A stretch of DNA of 64,000 bases from an uncultured Bacteroidales bacterium (GTDB taxonomy: Bacteria; Bacteroidota; Bacteroidia; Bacteroidales; CHK158-818). A program made the translations under genes and the position numbers. Below, one piece after another: positions 48,561 through 60,100 of this stretch. Below the pieces are notes generated by a model. That model did not search any database, was not told the origin of the DNA, and saw nothing but the letters and a program-made list of their open reading frames with translations. The stretch lies in assembly GCA_949300615.1 (NCBI GenBank), contig CASGEW010000001.1:8375-72374 (forward strand), read 5' to 3'. Each line of letters begins with the position of its first letter. Position 1 is the first letter of the stretch.

Positions 48561-50366
48561 TTATTTTTTCGACTGGTAGTTGAACAGATAACAAAAACGG
48601 CTATTGGGAGCCGTATCGCCATATTCCATACATTGCTTGATATCGCCCTCTTCCAACGGGATGTTATCCATCCACTTAAACCGCAAGGAGAAAGGTTTAT
48701 CCGAACTTAATGCCATTTCTGACAAAGGTATGATTATTTCTAATTTATTCCCTTCCACTCGGTAAGTTATTTGTTTCTTATTTGTCCAATTTCCCCCACC
48801 GCCATACACCTGCAACCAAGCCTTTCCCTTAGTTGGGATCTCCGCTTCGCTTACCCGGAACTGGAAATTCTCCCAAGATGAAGCCGAACGTTCCTCTATC
48901 CCAACAAACAGGTTCATCCAATGATTGGAGGCATAAACAATGGGAGATGCGGTCTCTACATAGAAATGGAGATTCTTTTTCGTAACAGCTACCTTGCTCC
49001 GTACGAAATCATTCCGTCCCGAGGCATTGACCAGCTGACCGGTACTTCCATACCCGAAATGGTTTCGGGGTTTGGTATCTCCCCGATCATCGAAATAGGG
49101 CTGTTCCACTTCGTCCCAACGGAATTTTTCCAACACTCCGCATTGGCTGTTCGCGACCGGAGTACCTCCCTTATAACGGCGGATAAAATCTGCCATCTGG
49201 TAATAATAATTGTCGCCGAACCCGCCGCGCATCGGTTCAATATCGCGACTGAACTCTTCGTTATATTGATCGACAAAATAGGTTTCGCCCTTCTGGATAC
49301 GTTTCCCGACCATATATTGCGAGGCGCCGTCGTTCATGCGCATGGCAATCCACTCGTTCCAACCCGTGATGAACACAAACTCGGGATCAACCTCGAATAC
49401 CCGATTCCACTGTTCGGCAAAGAAAGCACCGGAAGCGGTTGTCTGGGGGGTATAGTCGGGCTCTTTACCGGCATGATAGCTCCGGCCGATGTTCGACATC
49501 GGATGTGTGGCGGCCGCTACACTGATCTCTTCGGCTTTTTCTGGACTTTCGTGCCAACCGTACCGCTGAGGATAATAGTCGCCCCACGTCCACCGATCTT
49601 TTCCGTCGCCAAACCACGCCTGTCCGGAGTCGAACCAGGTGCGTCGGAAGGTAAAGAAATCGGACACCTCCGGCGATAACCCTTCGGGAGGACACAATAC
49701 CAACGGTTTCCCTTTCCAATAAAACCATAATTCCTTGTACAGACCAGGCTTATAAAACTGATCATACAATTTCTGCACGGTGCGCCGAGGGTCTGAGTTG
49801 ATTACCGAGGCCAACTGCGGAGTGGTGCGCCCCTCTGACCGCATCCGGGCCATTACCCTACACAAGGTAAGCAGTTGCGGCAGGTAAATACGGGCGTTCG
49901 TATTGTCCAACAACAACACGTCGATACCGGCATCGGCCAACAGCTGGACGTGCTTTTCGATTACCCATTCGTCGTTTGAGACATAGTAGCCCAGATAAGG
50001 TTCGCCCCAATGGTGAAAGGCGTGTATCGGCCCGTACTGGGGATGCTGCGGATTGTCCCGCAATAGCTTGGAAATATCATACGGACTGTTTTGATCCTGT
50101 TCGGTCGGAACAAACACACCCTCTCCCGGAGCATCGCCCCGATGGGTATCATAACCGTGTGCTCCCATCCACAGAAAATAAAAGATGCCGACCTTCTTTT
50201 CCGGCCTGTATCCGCCATACTCCCCTGCCGGTTTCACAGTGCGGTTCAACGCATCCGTAGCCACCCAGGAGTCGGAGACAGAACGGGTATAGTGTTGTGC
50301 CCGCAGGCTCGACACGCCTGCAAGGAATAACACACCCCAAAGATATAGAGATATCTTGCTCATCAT
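48561..50366 (-). CDS. Secreted glycoside hydrolase-like protein (GH99/GH71-like barrel), unclassified
   Basis: Signal peptide, VGIFYFLW, EPYLGYY, HVQLLADAGID, ITGWNEW and SRDIEP motifs. Confidence 0.6.
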   Translation of the reverse strand: MMSKISLYLWGVLFLAGVSSLRAQHYTRSVSDSWVATDALNRTVKPAGEYGGYRPEKKVGIFYFLWMGAHGYDTHRGDAPGEGVFVPTEQDQNSPYDISKLLRDNPQHPQYGPIHAFHHWGEPYLGYYVSNDEWVIEKHVQLLADAGIDVLLLDNTNARIYLPQLLTLCRVMARMRSEGRTTPQLASVINSDPRRTVQKLYDQFYKPGLYKELWFYWKGKPLVLCPPEGLSPEVSDFFTFRRTWFDSGQAWFGDGKDRWTWGDYYPQRYGWHESPEKAEEISVAAATHPMSNIGRSYHAGKEPDYTPQTTASGAFFAEQWNRVFEVDPEFVFITGWNEWIAMRMNDGASQYMVGKRIQKGETYFVDQYNEEFSRDIEPMRGGFGDNYYYQMADFIRRYKGGTPVANSQCGVLEKFRWDEVEQPYFDDRGDTKPRNHFGYGSTGQLVNASGRNDFVRSKVAVTKKNLHFYVETASPIVYASNHWMNLFVGIEERSASSWENFQFRVSEAEIPTKGKAWLQVYGGGGNWTNKKQITYRVEGNKLEIIIPLSEMALSSDKPFSLRFKWMDNIPLEEGDIKQCMEYGDTAPNSRFCYLFNYQSKK

Positions 50367-50416
50367 TGTCTGTTCTTTTCTGATACCTTTCTCCTACCCG
50401 ATACGACAGTCTGATC

Positions 50417-53071
50417 TTAAAGGGTACAACCGATTCGATAATCTCCCGAAGAGAGTTCCAACGAAGTGGAAACTTCTCTTTCTTGACCGTTAACGGTAAG
50501 CTGTTGGGGGCTGACCGGCAACCAGACCGTAGCAGTACTTCCAACAGGGATATGCACATTCAGCGAGAAGGTCGTATCATCTTTTTCCCACCGGAGTTTT
50601 AGCGCTCCATAAGGGGTATCTTTGGATAGATCAACCCAGCTTATCCACTCTACCAACCGGGGCTGAATAACGATGTGCTTGTATCCGGGGGCCTTTTCGT
50701 CGGTACGGATGCCGCCCAACGATTGATAGAACCAGGAACCGATACCGTTGTAGCAGTTGTGAATCCGGCTGCGGTCTCCGTTCCAATGTTCCCACGTAGT
50801 AGTGGCACCGTTGTCCAGCATATAGAGGTATCCGGGATAATCGCGTTTTTTCAACATCCGGTAGATGAAATCGGCCTGTCCGTTCAGAACGGCCCACTCC
50901 GTCATAACAGGTATCCCCACCAATCCGGTTGCCAGATGGCCTTTGTATTTTTCGTCCGTTACCCGATACAGGGTATTGACGACGTGCGGAATCTCTTCCC
51001 GGGGCGTAACACCGGCCAGCATCGGATAGATCAAATCAATCTGAGTACCGGTGCCATAGCTTTTTTGTTCGTTGTCATAAAAGGTGGCATGAATTAGTGT
51101 ATTCAACTCGTCGGACTGTTTTTCATACATACGGGCATCCTGGTCCCGTCCCAACAAAGCGGCAATCTTGGACATGGTACGGAAACAGACTGAGATGAAA
51201 CAGTTATTGACCAGATCGACCGACTGCGGATGGGTCTGGTCAACACCAGTGGGAGTAGCCCAGTCGCCTAAATACCAATTCCGGTAATCGGTATCGGGCC
51301 ACGCTTTGAGTAAACCCTCCTGGGTGTATTTGGCCACATATTCCAGCCATTTTTGCATATAGGGATAGTAGCGCTCCAAGATACGGGAGTCGCCGTAATT
51401 CTGGTAGGTGGCCCAAGAGGCCGTAATGATAAACCCGCACCAATAAGGACCACCCCCGGCACCGTACGGATTCGGCGCCGTATGGGGCATACTGCCGTCT
51501 TCGCGCATACAATCGGCCCAAGCCTGCATCCAGTTTGCATACAGCGGAGCCAGGTTGAACAAGGTCTGGACGGTCTGCGTCGAAGCATTTCCGTCGCCGC
51601 CATACCCCAACCGTTCGATTTGAGGACAATCGACCATATAACCGCCCAACGTCAAACAGCGCAAGGTATAATGAATCATGTTGTAGATGGCGTTCAAATC
51701 GTCGTCGGAACAGCGGAAAAAGGATTTACCGCTATAATCCGTATGGATGAGACTGGCCGTAATCGCTGTCAATTCAGGGGCCTGGGCAACGTTTGAGAGT
51801 TTCAGGTAACGATATGCCTTGTAGTTGAATTTATTGATAAAATACTCTTTCTCTGCTCCCGAGGCAATGTAATAATCTTCGTAAGCGCCATCCCGGAAAC
51901 CGCCTTTTTCATCCAGGAAGTCACAATAGCTGATCCGTATTTTCTGGTTTGCCTGCAACGGGGGAAACTCGATTCGAGTCCATCCGGTAAGATTGGTTCC
52001 CATATCGAAAATCCAGGAAGAGTCGCCATCGGCCTTGTACGATACCGGGTGGAACGACTCCTGAACACGATTTAATTCTACCATTTGCGGGAGTGCCGCA
52101 TAATCGGGAATGGAAACTACTTTTACCGGCTGCCATTGAGCGTTCTCCAACGCTTCGTCTGAGAAATCTGGAAGCAACTCCGATGCAGTTACTATCTCTC
52201 CGCCAAACCGGTGGGGCCGCCAATCGCCGAACGATTCGTAACCGCTGTTGCGTACCGACCAGCTCTGATCCGTAACCAGCAGAGGTTTCCATATCCCTGC
52301 TTCCTGGGATTCCAATTGGGCGCGGACGTAAGGGCCTCCCGCTACCACACCGGGCAACCCCTCCTGATACCATCCCTTGCCGGCCAGGATAACGATGTCG
52401 TTATCGCCCTTTCGCAAGAAGTTGGAGACATCGTAGGTTACCACCAGCGAATGTTTGTTGAATTGCGATACCGCCGGAGACAACACGGCATCCGTAATAT
52501 TCTTACCGTTGATATAGACCTCATGATAGCCTAAGGAATTGACATGAAGCAACGCATTTTTCGGCCGCTTCTGACAAGCGAAACGTTTATACAGCAACGG
52601 TGAGATGGATTTTCCCCGGGGTTGCTCCATCCCGATATAACGGGCTTGCCAGTCCTGCGGTTCTAAAAGCCCTACCCCAAAACGAGCCGGCTCGCTCCAA
52701 TCCGAAGCGATTCCCGATTCGTCCCAAACACGCACTTTCCAATAGCCTCCACTCCTGGATTGCAACGCCAGACCGTTGTAAACGATACCATTGGATTGAC
52801 CCGATACCACTTTCCCGGAATTCCAGAGATCGGCCTTTTCTTCTGTCAATCTGTTTTTCTCGGATGCTACCAACAGTTGATACGCGGTTTGCCCCGCTCC
52901 CTGTCTCGGGGATTGGAGTATCCAACTAAAACGGGGTGTCGTGTTGTCTATGGCCAAGGGATCGGACAGGTGATCGCATTTCAAATCTCCGACTTCCAGC
53001 GAAGATGACGGGGTACACGCCCACATCAACCCGAGCGACACACACAAAACCAGAAAAAATCTATTCGTCAT
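50417..53071 (-). CDS. GH78 alpha-L-rhamnosidase
   Basis: VDCPQIERLGYGGDG, LGDW, GATTTWEHW and SRIHNCY motifs. Lipobox. Confidence 0.9.
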   Translation of the reverse strand: MTNRFFLVLCVSLGLMWACTPSSSLEVGDLKCDHLSDPLAIDNTTPRFSWILQSPRQGAGQTAYQLLVASEKNRLTEEKADLWNSGKVVSGQSNGIVYNGLALQSRSGGYWKVRVWDESGIASDWSEPARFGVGLLEPQDWQARYIGMEQPRGKSISPLLYKRFACQKRPKNALLHVNSLGYHEVYINGKNITDAVLSPAVSQFNKHSLVVTYDVSNFLRKGDNDIVILAGKGWYQEGLPGVVAGGPYVRAQLESQEAGIWKPLLVTDQSWSVRNSGYESFGDWRPHRFGGEIVTASELLPDFSDEALENAQWQPVKVVSIPDYAALPQMVELNRVQESFHPVSYKADGDSSWIFDMGTNLTGWTRIEFPPLQANQKIRISYCDFLDEKGGFRDGAYEDYYIASGAEKEYFINKFNYKAYRYLKLSNVAQAPELTAITASLIHTDYSGKSFFRCSDDDLNAIYNMIHYTLRCLTLGGYMVDCPQIERLGYGGDGNASTQTVQTLFNLAPLYANWMQAWADCMREDGSMPHTAPNPYGAGGGPYWCGFIITASWATYQNYGDSRILERYYPYMQKWLEYVAKYTQEGLLKAWPDTDYRNWYLGDWATPTGVDQTHPQSVDLVNNCFISVCFRTMSKIAALLGRDQDARMYEKQSDELNTLIHATFYDNEQKSYGTGTQIDLIYPMLAGVTPREEIPHVVNTLYRVTDEKYKGHLATGLVGIPVMTEWAVLNGQADFIYRMLKKRDYPGYLYMLDNGATTTWEHWNGDRSRIHNCYNGIGSWFYQSLGGIRTDEKAPGYKHIVIQPRLVEWISWVDLSKDTPYGALKLRWEKDDTTFSLNVHIPVGSTATVWLPVSPQQLTVNGQEREVSTSLELSSGDYRIGCTL

Positions 53072-53100
53072 ATTTTACATATTTTACAATTTCCAAAACG

Positions 53101-54870
53101 CTATTTCTCTATCTTTACCTGTTTGGGCGCCTTTACCGTAGATTTTATTTTCCCGTCGGCCTGTTTTTCATGGCGAATCTCTATCACCCCGTAAGGTGTG
53201 GGGAAAGTTCCTTCTACCCATTCCAAGTCGCCCAAATGAGGCTCTATCGATACTTTTTTACAACCCGGTTCCAGCACCTTTACGCCTAAGACATTTTCAC
53301 TCAACCAAGAGGTAGGGCCGGACGCCCACCCGTGGCAAAGGCTATGGCGGAATTTTTCGTAACAATAAGCCCCGAAATCGCCGTGTATGTCTTTTTTCCC
53401 TTCGGGAACGATCTCGTCAATCCCGGCAGCTCCGGGTATCCAGTCCAGGTTAAAATCTTCCCAGAAAGTGGTAGCCCCCAAATCGAGCATTCCACCCCAA
53501 AATTCGCGAATGCGATCCAAAGCACCCTGATAATTACCAGCCTTGGCCATGGCCTGCAACATATAATACCCATAGAATGTGGAGAAATTTTTGGCTCCTC
53601 CAACGGAAAGAACCTCCTGGTCGGCTTGTCGGGCATCTATCAGTCCGGCCAAAGCCAACAAGGCAGCACCTTGCTTCGAGTTGTTATGGTCGGGTACATA
53701 CGTACGCAACAACGCGGCCTTTTCAGCGCACTGTTTCGACAATGCCTCATCGCCCAGTTCTGCACAAAGTTCGCCGCCGGCATCCATGGCCATGACCATC
53801 AATGCCTGTAACCCGGCATCGACGCCTTTGGGATTCTCGCTGGAAGGCCAGTCCAGGAAACGGTTTCCATCCAACTGCTCTTTCCCGGACGGAGAGATTT
53901 TGGTAAACAGGTGCTTCAACAATCCGGTCAGGTACTCCTGCTGCTGTTGCAAATACTCCTTATCTCCATGATAATAATACCAGTCGCGTTGTATCAGAAT
54001 CCACCAGATGGAATAGGAGCTGATACCGCTCATCCAGTTGGGCAGAGCGGTAGTATTGCGCGCCAGGTCGAGACTTTTGGGAACTACTTCGTTGTAACCG
54101 AACACACTGTTGACAGTCATCACCTCGGGATGCAAATCGCCTACCCAAACCAAACGGTCGCGCTTGATACCATCCCACAGATACTCCTGCATATTCAGAT
54201 GGACGGTATAGGCCCCCGTCATCCAAATTTGATTCAACCGTTCGTCGTTGGAACGGAATGAACCCAAATAAGGGATATCCCGGTAGTTGAAGATGGCCCG
54301 CACCTCTTTCAAGTGCAACTCCCTGTCATCGTCCAACAGGTCTATCCGCACAAATCGGAAACCGCTGTTCCCGACCTCGCTGACCCCCAACCAAGGCAGC
54401 TGCATGGTAAAATCGCGCATGGCATGGTCGTTCGAGGCGCCGTTCTTGCCATCTATATCGCACATTGCTTCACTGACCGACTCGCCGAAACGGATACGGA
54501 CCTTGACCGGTTCCTTGTTGCCCGGCATTCCGGTTACCAACTGCAACCCTCCCTGCAACTCCCGACCGAAATCCAGCAGGATTGAGGGATGCTCTGTCTT
54601 GGTGCTTTTCATCACGCAGATACGGGCATTGGTCAGATCGGTTTGTCCGTTGCCCGGCATAAACAGATTGTCCAGTCCGGTAATCAGTGTTCCAGACCCA
54701 TCATTTTTCCAGACCACGCGCGTGGGCGAGATATAAGCCCGGGTACGAGTATCATATTGTACCGCTGTCGAAGACTTTTGTCCATTATTCCACGCAGGAG
54801 GTAGCTGATGCTGGGCACTCATGCAAACAGAAAAGCCCGCCATTACTCCTATCAAAATCTGCTTTCTCAT
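53101..54870 (-). CDS. GH78 alpha-L-rhamnosidase (short form)
   Basis: WDGIKRDRLVWVGD, FLDW, GATTFWEDF and SLCHGWASGP motifs. Confidence 0.9.
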   Translation of the reverse strand: MRKQILIGVMAGFSVCMSAQHQLPPAWNNGQKSSTAVQYDTRTRAYISPTRVVWKNDGSGTLITGLDNLFMPGNGQTDLTNARICVMKSTKTEHPSILLDFGRELQGGLQLVTGMPGNKEPVKVRIRFGESVSEAMCDIDGKNGASNDHAMRDFTMQLPWLGVSEVGNSGFRFVRIDLLDDDRELHLKEVRAIFNYRDIPYLGSFRSNDERLNQIWMTGAYTVHLNMQEYLWDGIKRDRLVWVGDLHPEVMTVNSVFGYNEVVPKSLDLARNTTALPNWMSGISSYSIWWILIQRDWYYYHGDKEYLQQQQEYLTGLLKHLFTKISPSGKEQLDGNRFLDWPSSENPKGVDAGLQALMVMAMDAGGELCAELGDEALSKQCAEKAALLRTYVPDHNNSKQGAALLALAGLIDARQADQEVLSVGGAKNFSTFYGYYMLQAMAKAGNYQGALDRIREFWGGMLDLGATTFWEDFNLDWIPGAAGIDEIVPEGKKDIHGDFGAYCYEKFRHSLCHGWASGPTSWLSENVLGVKVLEPGCKKVSIEPHLGDLEWVEGTFPTPYGVIEIRHEKQADGKIKSTVKAPKQVKIEK

Positions 54871-54888
54871 ATTGTACGCTTTATTTCT

Positions 54889-56106
54889 CTATTTTTTCCA
54901 TGTATATATCAACACGTCTCCTGCATCGACAGCCAACGTCGGGGTATAGCGTGCAGCAGGAACGGACGATCCATCTTTCAAAACGCGGGAGACCTCTCCC
55001 GTACATCGAACCGTTACTTGTTGGGGATGTTTTAAATCACGATTGACAATTACCAAATAGTGATGCTCCCCGTTTTCCAGCTCAGATACCAGAACTCCTC
55101 GACCGTTTGCCGATACCTCTTCAAAAGGTGCCGGTAAGGACACCAATTGTTTCGTGCCGACAGGAATCTCTCCGGTATGTGCTACCGAAAGGAGCTTTGC
55201 TCCTAAAAAAACAGGCGACAAGGCTTTTATCTCTTTATTCACCTCTCGTACCCTGTCATACACTTCGCTCCGCTGAAAGGTCTCGGTAATAGGGGCATGG
55301 TTGAAATTCCAGATCGTACCCACGGGTGTCCAGTAGGTAAAATATTGTATCCCCTGGGCACCGTAAGCCAGGTTACTGTAAACCTGCAAACGCAACGATG
55401 CCAAGGTAGCAATGGGATAGGGATCGTGTGCTGTGGCCAGGGCAAAGGCCCAGAAAGGCTTCCCGGCTTTTCGGCTCTCATCGGAGATGATTTCCAGGTT
55501 CTCGTAGAAATCACCCCGCAGGCTGCTATCACCAATCACCGGATAGTGGTCGAACGAAACAAACGGAAGGTTGACCTCCTGTATAAAGAGATTTACATAC
55601 TCCCGGTAAGAATCCGTTTTCAACGCCTCCAACGAGGCATACGTAGGTAGCAGATTCAGATAACAATAGTGTTTGTTATCCACCGATTCTATTGTTCGAG
55701 CCCATTTGCCCAACGAGGCAAAAGCCGTCCGGTCGGGTTCGTCCCTCAAAAAATAACCGTCCAAAGCCGGATGATTCTTAAACCGGTTTACCGTAGCTTC
55801 GGGGTCCGTTTCAAGCTCCCGGCACGTAATAATCAATTTAATGCCGGCTCGCTGCGCCGTATCCAAAGCAGCCGCCACCTCATCGGCGGTTGCCGTATGT
55901 GAAAAGCTGTGGGTAAACCCGGCCTCCTTCAATTCCAGATAGCGGTCTAAGCTGGTGTGCTCGGCAGGAATACTGAACCAAGCCAAAACGGGTATCTGAC
56001 GGGACTCTTGTTCCCGATCGGTTTTCGATACCGAACAGGAAAAAAGAAGTACCATCAGACAAGCCCCAAAAGGCAAAAAAAGTTTTTTCATACCATAAGC
56101 ATACAA
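54889..56106 (-). CDS. Lipoprotein with glycoside hydrolase-like TIM barrel, function unknown
   Basis: Lipobox LFS-C (likely start MKKLFLP). GYFLRDEP, YLNLLP, SFDHYP and GAQGIQYFTY motifs. Confidence 0.6.
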   Translation of the reverse strand: MYAYGMKKLFLPFGACLMVLLFSCSVSKTDREQESRQIPVLAWFSIPAEHTSLDRYLELKEAGFTHSFSHTATADEVAAALDTAQRAGIKLIITCRELETDPEATVNRFKNHPALDGYFLRDEPDRTAFASLGKWARTIESVDNKHYCYLNLLPTYASLEALKTDSYREYVNLFIQEVNLPFVSFDHYPVIGDSSLRGDFYENLEIISDESRKAGKPFWAFALATAHDPYPIATLASLRLQVYSNLAYGAQGIQYFTYWTPVGTIWNFNHAPITETFQRSEVYDRVREVNKEIKALSPVFLGAKLLSVAHTGEIPVGTKQLVSLPAPFEEVSANGRGVLVSELENGEHHYLVIVNRDLKHPQQVTVRCTGEVSRVLKDGSSVPAARYTPTLAVDAGDVLIYTWKK

Positions 56107-56183
56107 AACGGTTATTTATCGTGACAAATTCTCAAACAGAGAGTTCCTTATTCTGAACCCAACGACCTTGTATCGTACTTTTC

Positions 56184-56993
56184 TTATTTCGGTAAATTGA
56201 AAGCCGGGACCAATTCATCCAGCTGAGCTTCGCTCATCCCCTCGGGGTCAAAACCTGCTTGACGGGCACACAAATAGATTTGGGCCGATTTGGATAGGGT
56301 ATCGATCGCATCGAAACAGTCGATCAGGTCTTCCCCTACGGCCAAGATTCCGTGTTTTTCCCACAATACGACATCGTGTTTGTCCAGCTCTTTGATGGTG
56401 GCTTTGGCCAGTTCCATGGAACCGGGTAACTGGTAAGGGATGATCCCTATTCCACGCGGAACAATGATCCGACATTCCGGAATCATCGCCCACAATTTAC
56501 GGGAAATGTAAGCCGAATCCATGAAAGGTTTGCAATGCGACAAGGCTATCAAATCGGTGGGATGCGTATGCAACACAACCTTGTTGTTTATGCCGCGTGC
56601 CCGCAAAAAATTGTGCATGGCCAGATGCGAGGGCAACTCGGAGGTAGGCATCACCGGTTGCTCGGCGATAATCTCATAGGCCGTACCTTGGTCGTTTACC
56701 CGAATGATCGAACCATTTGCAAACGGGGCTTTCGCCACATAGCGCATCCGTTTGCCGGTTCCCGTTACATAAAAAATATTACCGGCCAATGCTGCTACCG
56801 GCTCGCCTAATTCTATCGGTGGCAGAAGTGCCGGAAGGGTCAGGATTTCTTCTCCTACCAGTTCTGTCAGATTGACGGAAATATTCCCGCCGTTGCGTTC
56901 GGCCCATCCTTTTTCCCACAAATATCCGGCAACTTCGGCAATTTGCTCTATCTGTAAACGGAGGGCTGGGTTGTTGTCAATAATTGATGCCAT
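56184..56993 (-). CDS. rhaD: Rhamnulose-1-phosphate aldolase
   Basis: GWAERNGGNIS, PTSELPSH, HTHPT and WEKHG motifs. Confidence 0.95.
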   Translation of the reverse strand: MASIIDNNPALRLQIEQIAEVAGYLWEKGWAERNGGNISVNLTELVGEEILTLPALLPPIELGEPVAALAGNIFYVTGTGKRMRYVAKAPFANGSIIRVNDQGTAYEIIAEQPVMPTSELPSHLAMHNFLRARGINNKVVLHTHPTDLIALSHCKPFMDSAYISRKLWAMIPECRIIVPRGIGIIPYQLPGSMELAKATIKELDKHDVVLWEKHGILAVGEDLIDCFDAIDTLSKSAQIYLCARQAGFDPEGMSEAQLDELVPAFNLPK

Positions 56994-57163
56994 TTTTTAT
57001 CGTTTTTATGCGAATCAGAGTGTAAAATCCCAACTCCAATTCTCGGTTTAACATATTATAATTCAATAAACTAATCTATTCTACAATTAAGGGCTTCGAG
57101 GTATTGGCTATTACAATACAAACCTATACATAAATCTTGAAACAAAAAGCCGACCATCGGTGC

Positions 57164-60100
57164 TTATTTTATTATTTCCTTTGAAATAGTAACAGGCCCC
57201 ATAAGCCCTGATTCAAGTAATGGAGAATCTTGATTATAATGCCAGGTAGAAGAGAATGTAAATCTGTCTGATGGTCTCTTCTCTCCTTTCAGAAGCCACT
57301 CGGGCCACTGGCCATTTGTAATGCCATCATAAGGTTTGAATTCATCTCCGATAAGCCGATTAGCCCATTGATTGACCACATCAATGCGTAAATCATTCTT
57401 CCCTTTTTTTACCGCATGGGTAATATCAACTCTCCAAGGATCTGTCCAAACAATGCCAAGGTCTTTGCCGTTAAGCCAAACCTTCGCCATGATTTTCACT
57501 TTCCCTAAATTGAGGAATACCTTACCTTTTCCTTTATCGCCATTAAAATCGAAAGATTTAGAGTAAACAGCTGTACCGGAATAATATTTTATACCCTCCT
57601 CGCTATTTTTACTCCAATCCGTAAGCGTTTCAAATATGGTTTCGGCTGGTCCTCCCCATTCTTCGTCGAAATGAACGGTCCATGGTCCTTCTAAGGTTTG
57701 AATATCTTCTGTTTCATAAAAATTCGGCTTACCGGAACTCTTGATATGATCCTTTGGTTCGAACACAATGAAAAAGCTTTGATATTTGTCGAATTCGAGG
57801 CTTAAAGTTGTCAATGTACCATTGTCCTCAAAAGTATTCAAAATGCGTGTTTCTCCGGTAACCGGATCCCATAAATGGGGTTGAGCCCCAGAAACGCGGA
57901 AAGAACAGAAGGCCTTGACCCTATTGTCTGTTTTGTTGGACACGAAATAATATTCCAGCTTTTCCGATTTTTTGTGTATATACCGCAAACAGTCATTATC
58001 GGCAGAAAAGTCTTCACAGACATTCATCTTTCTTAGAACCGCAGATGTAATGTCATAAGAAGGGTATAGATTTTCTGAATTATTGACGATATCGGTCCCC
58101 CAATAGATATATCCGTTTCCGTATTTGTTGGAAACCAGTCCGTCTGGAATATCGTATCCTCCCCAGATTCGATTGACAGACTCCGCTATTTGTTTGTCGG
58201 CGTTAGGATAATCGGTGAGACCGGGAGCTGAAACAGGCGGCAATCCGACAACGATGGCACCGTCTTTAATGAGAGCCTCCATTTTATTAATCATCTTCGG
58301 AGTCATCATTTTGAAATCGGGTAAAACCAATAAACGGTATTTCATTCCGGAGGGGAAAGTGATATATCCATTTTCCATGAAAGCTGATTGGAATAGAGAA
58401 AGAGGACATACATCAAAATTATGGCCTTTTTTGTCCGGCAAATACGAATCGCCTCCCAATGCAGAGGCAGGTGCTTTGAACACGAACGGTGCTTCTTCGG
58501 GAGCAAGATAAAGTACATCTGCAACAGTTACACCATATTGCAACATCATCTGGCACCGGGATACGTAGGTATGATAAGCATCGGCATACGGCCACCATGT
58601 CTGATTACGATCCCAATGAATACCATAGCCACCCATTGTCATGCCTGGACGAATACTGTCAGGAAGACTCTGATGTTGGAACGTATGGTAAGTCAATCTA
58701 TTGATTCCCGCAGCAAACGCCCAGTCGGTCTGATTTTTCATGGATGCGGGATGTTGCCGCCAACCGTCACCTGATGCCGTAAAGGCTTCTGACGGGAGAA
58801 TCCTCTGTCCCTTTATATTTGCCAACGAGCTCCCTTCGATAGCACTAAAAGAGGTATTATATCCCCCAGGACTCCAAAACTCGCACATCGGGATATCTGC
58901 TATGGCTCCGAGTTCGAGGTCCTGCATGGGATTCATATCGTACGATTCAATTGAAAGCTGCATACCATGTCGAGCTGCATAATTTTTTACGGCCAAAGCA
59001 TGATTTTCCAGCATAAGTTCCTGCATCGTTTGCCTTAAATCCCACAAGAAACGTTCACTGACATCTTTGCTCCCAACGACATAACCGGCATATACAGGGA
59101 AATAAGGCTGAGGGTCGTAACCTCTACGTTTTTTGAATTCTTCGCGGAGCCTTGGAGTCCAGTTCTGCGCTCCCATTTCCCAGCTATCCATGTGAAGAAT
59201 TTTCAGCCCTCCTGTTGATCCCGGATTACGTTCGCCTATAACGTTGAACAGTTCTTCTGTAAATACATTCAGATGCGCCAGGAGTGCCGTAGTATCGGTT
59301 TTATCACATTCAAACCCTATACCTGGTAACGGAGCCGGACGCGTTACAGCTCCGTTATTTCGTATGCCGAAACGCATGATTGTCCATTCCCCTTTGGGTA
59401 CATCCCACGTAATAGAACCATCTTTCAGGAAAGAGGTCAAATCTATTATTTGGGGTTCTGATATAACTTCTCCTGTTTTTGCAGGCTCATTCTGTATTTC
59501 ACGAGGGATATATGGTTTGACTCCGGGTACAGAACTGTATGGAGCTCTGTAATACAAAGCTTTTTCATCTATATCCTTTATGGCCACCTGACCATTAGTA
59601 GAAGGAAACGCCAATACGGCAACATCTTCATAATAATCGAGCCATTTTTCTTTCAATTCCGGAGTAAAAGCACTCTCTCCAAAATAGGGCGGTTTAGATA
59701 CAGGTTTTTCAAGTTGTATCGTTTTGATTCCAGCACCGGATACTTGTGTTGAAGACGAAACAAGGTGCCTCATGGATTGGTTTGCTTTTACCCACGGACC
59801 TCCGCTACCGGTCCAACCGGGACCGATACCCAAAATCATCGTGATTCCTAACCGTTCGCATTCTTTGACGGCATGTTTAAAACACTCTTTCCATTCATCA
59901 CTTAAAAAATCGACTTTTCCACGAGGGACACCGACATTGACTTCGAGAAACACAACAAAACCAATCCCTTCCTGTTTCATGGATTCGAGGTCTTTGGTCA
60001 TTCCCTCCTTTGACAAATTGCCGTCCATAAAATACCAATATACTCCTGGCCTGGCATCATCCGGTGGAATAATAAATTCCTTACGTAATAAATATAACTC

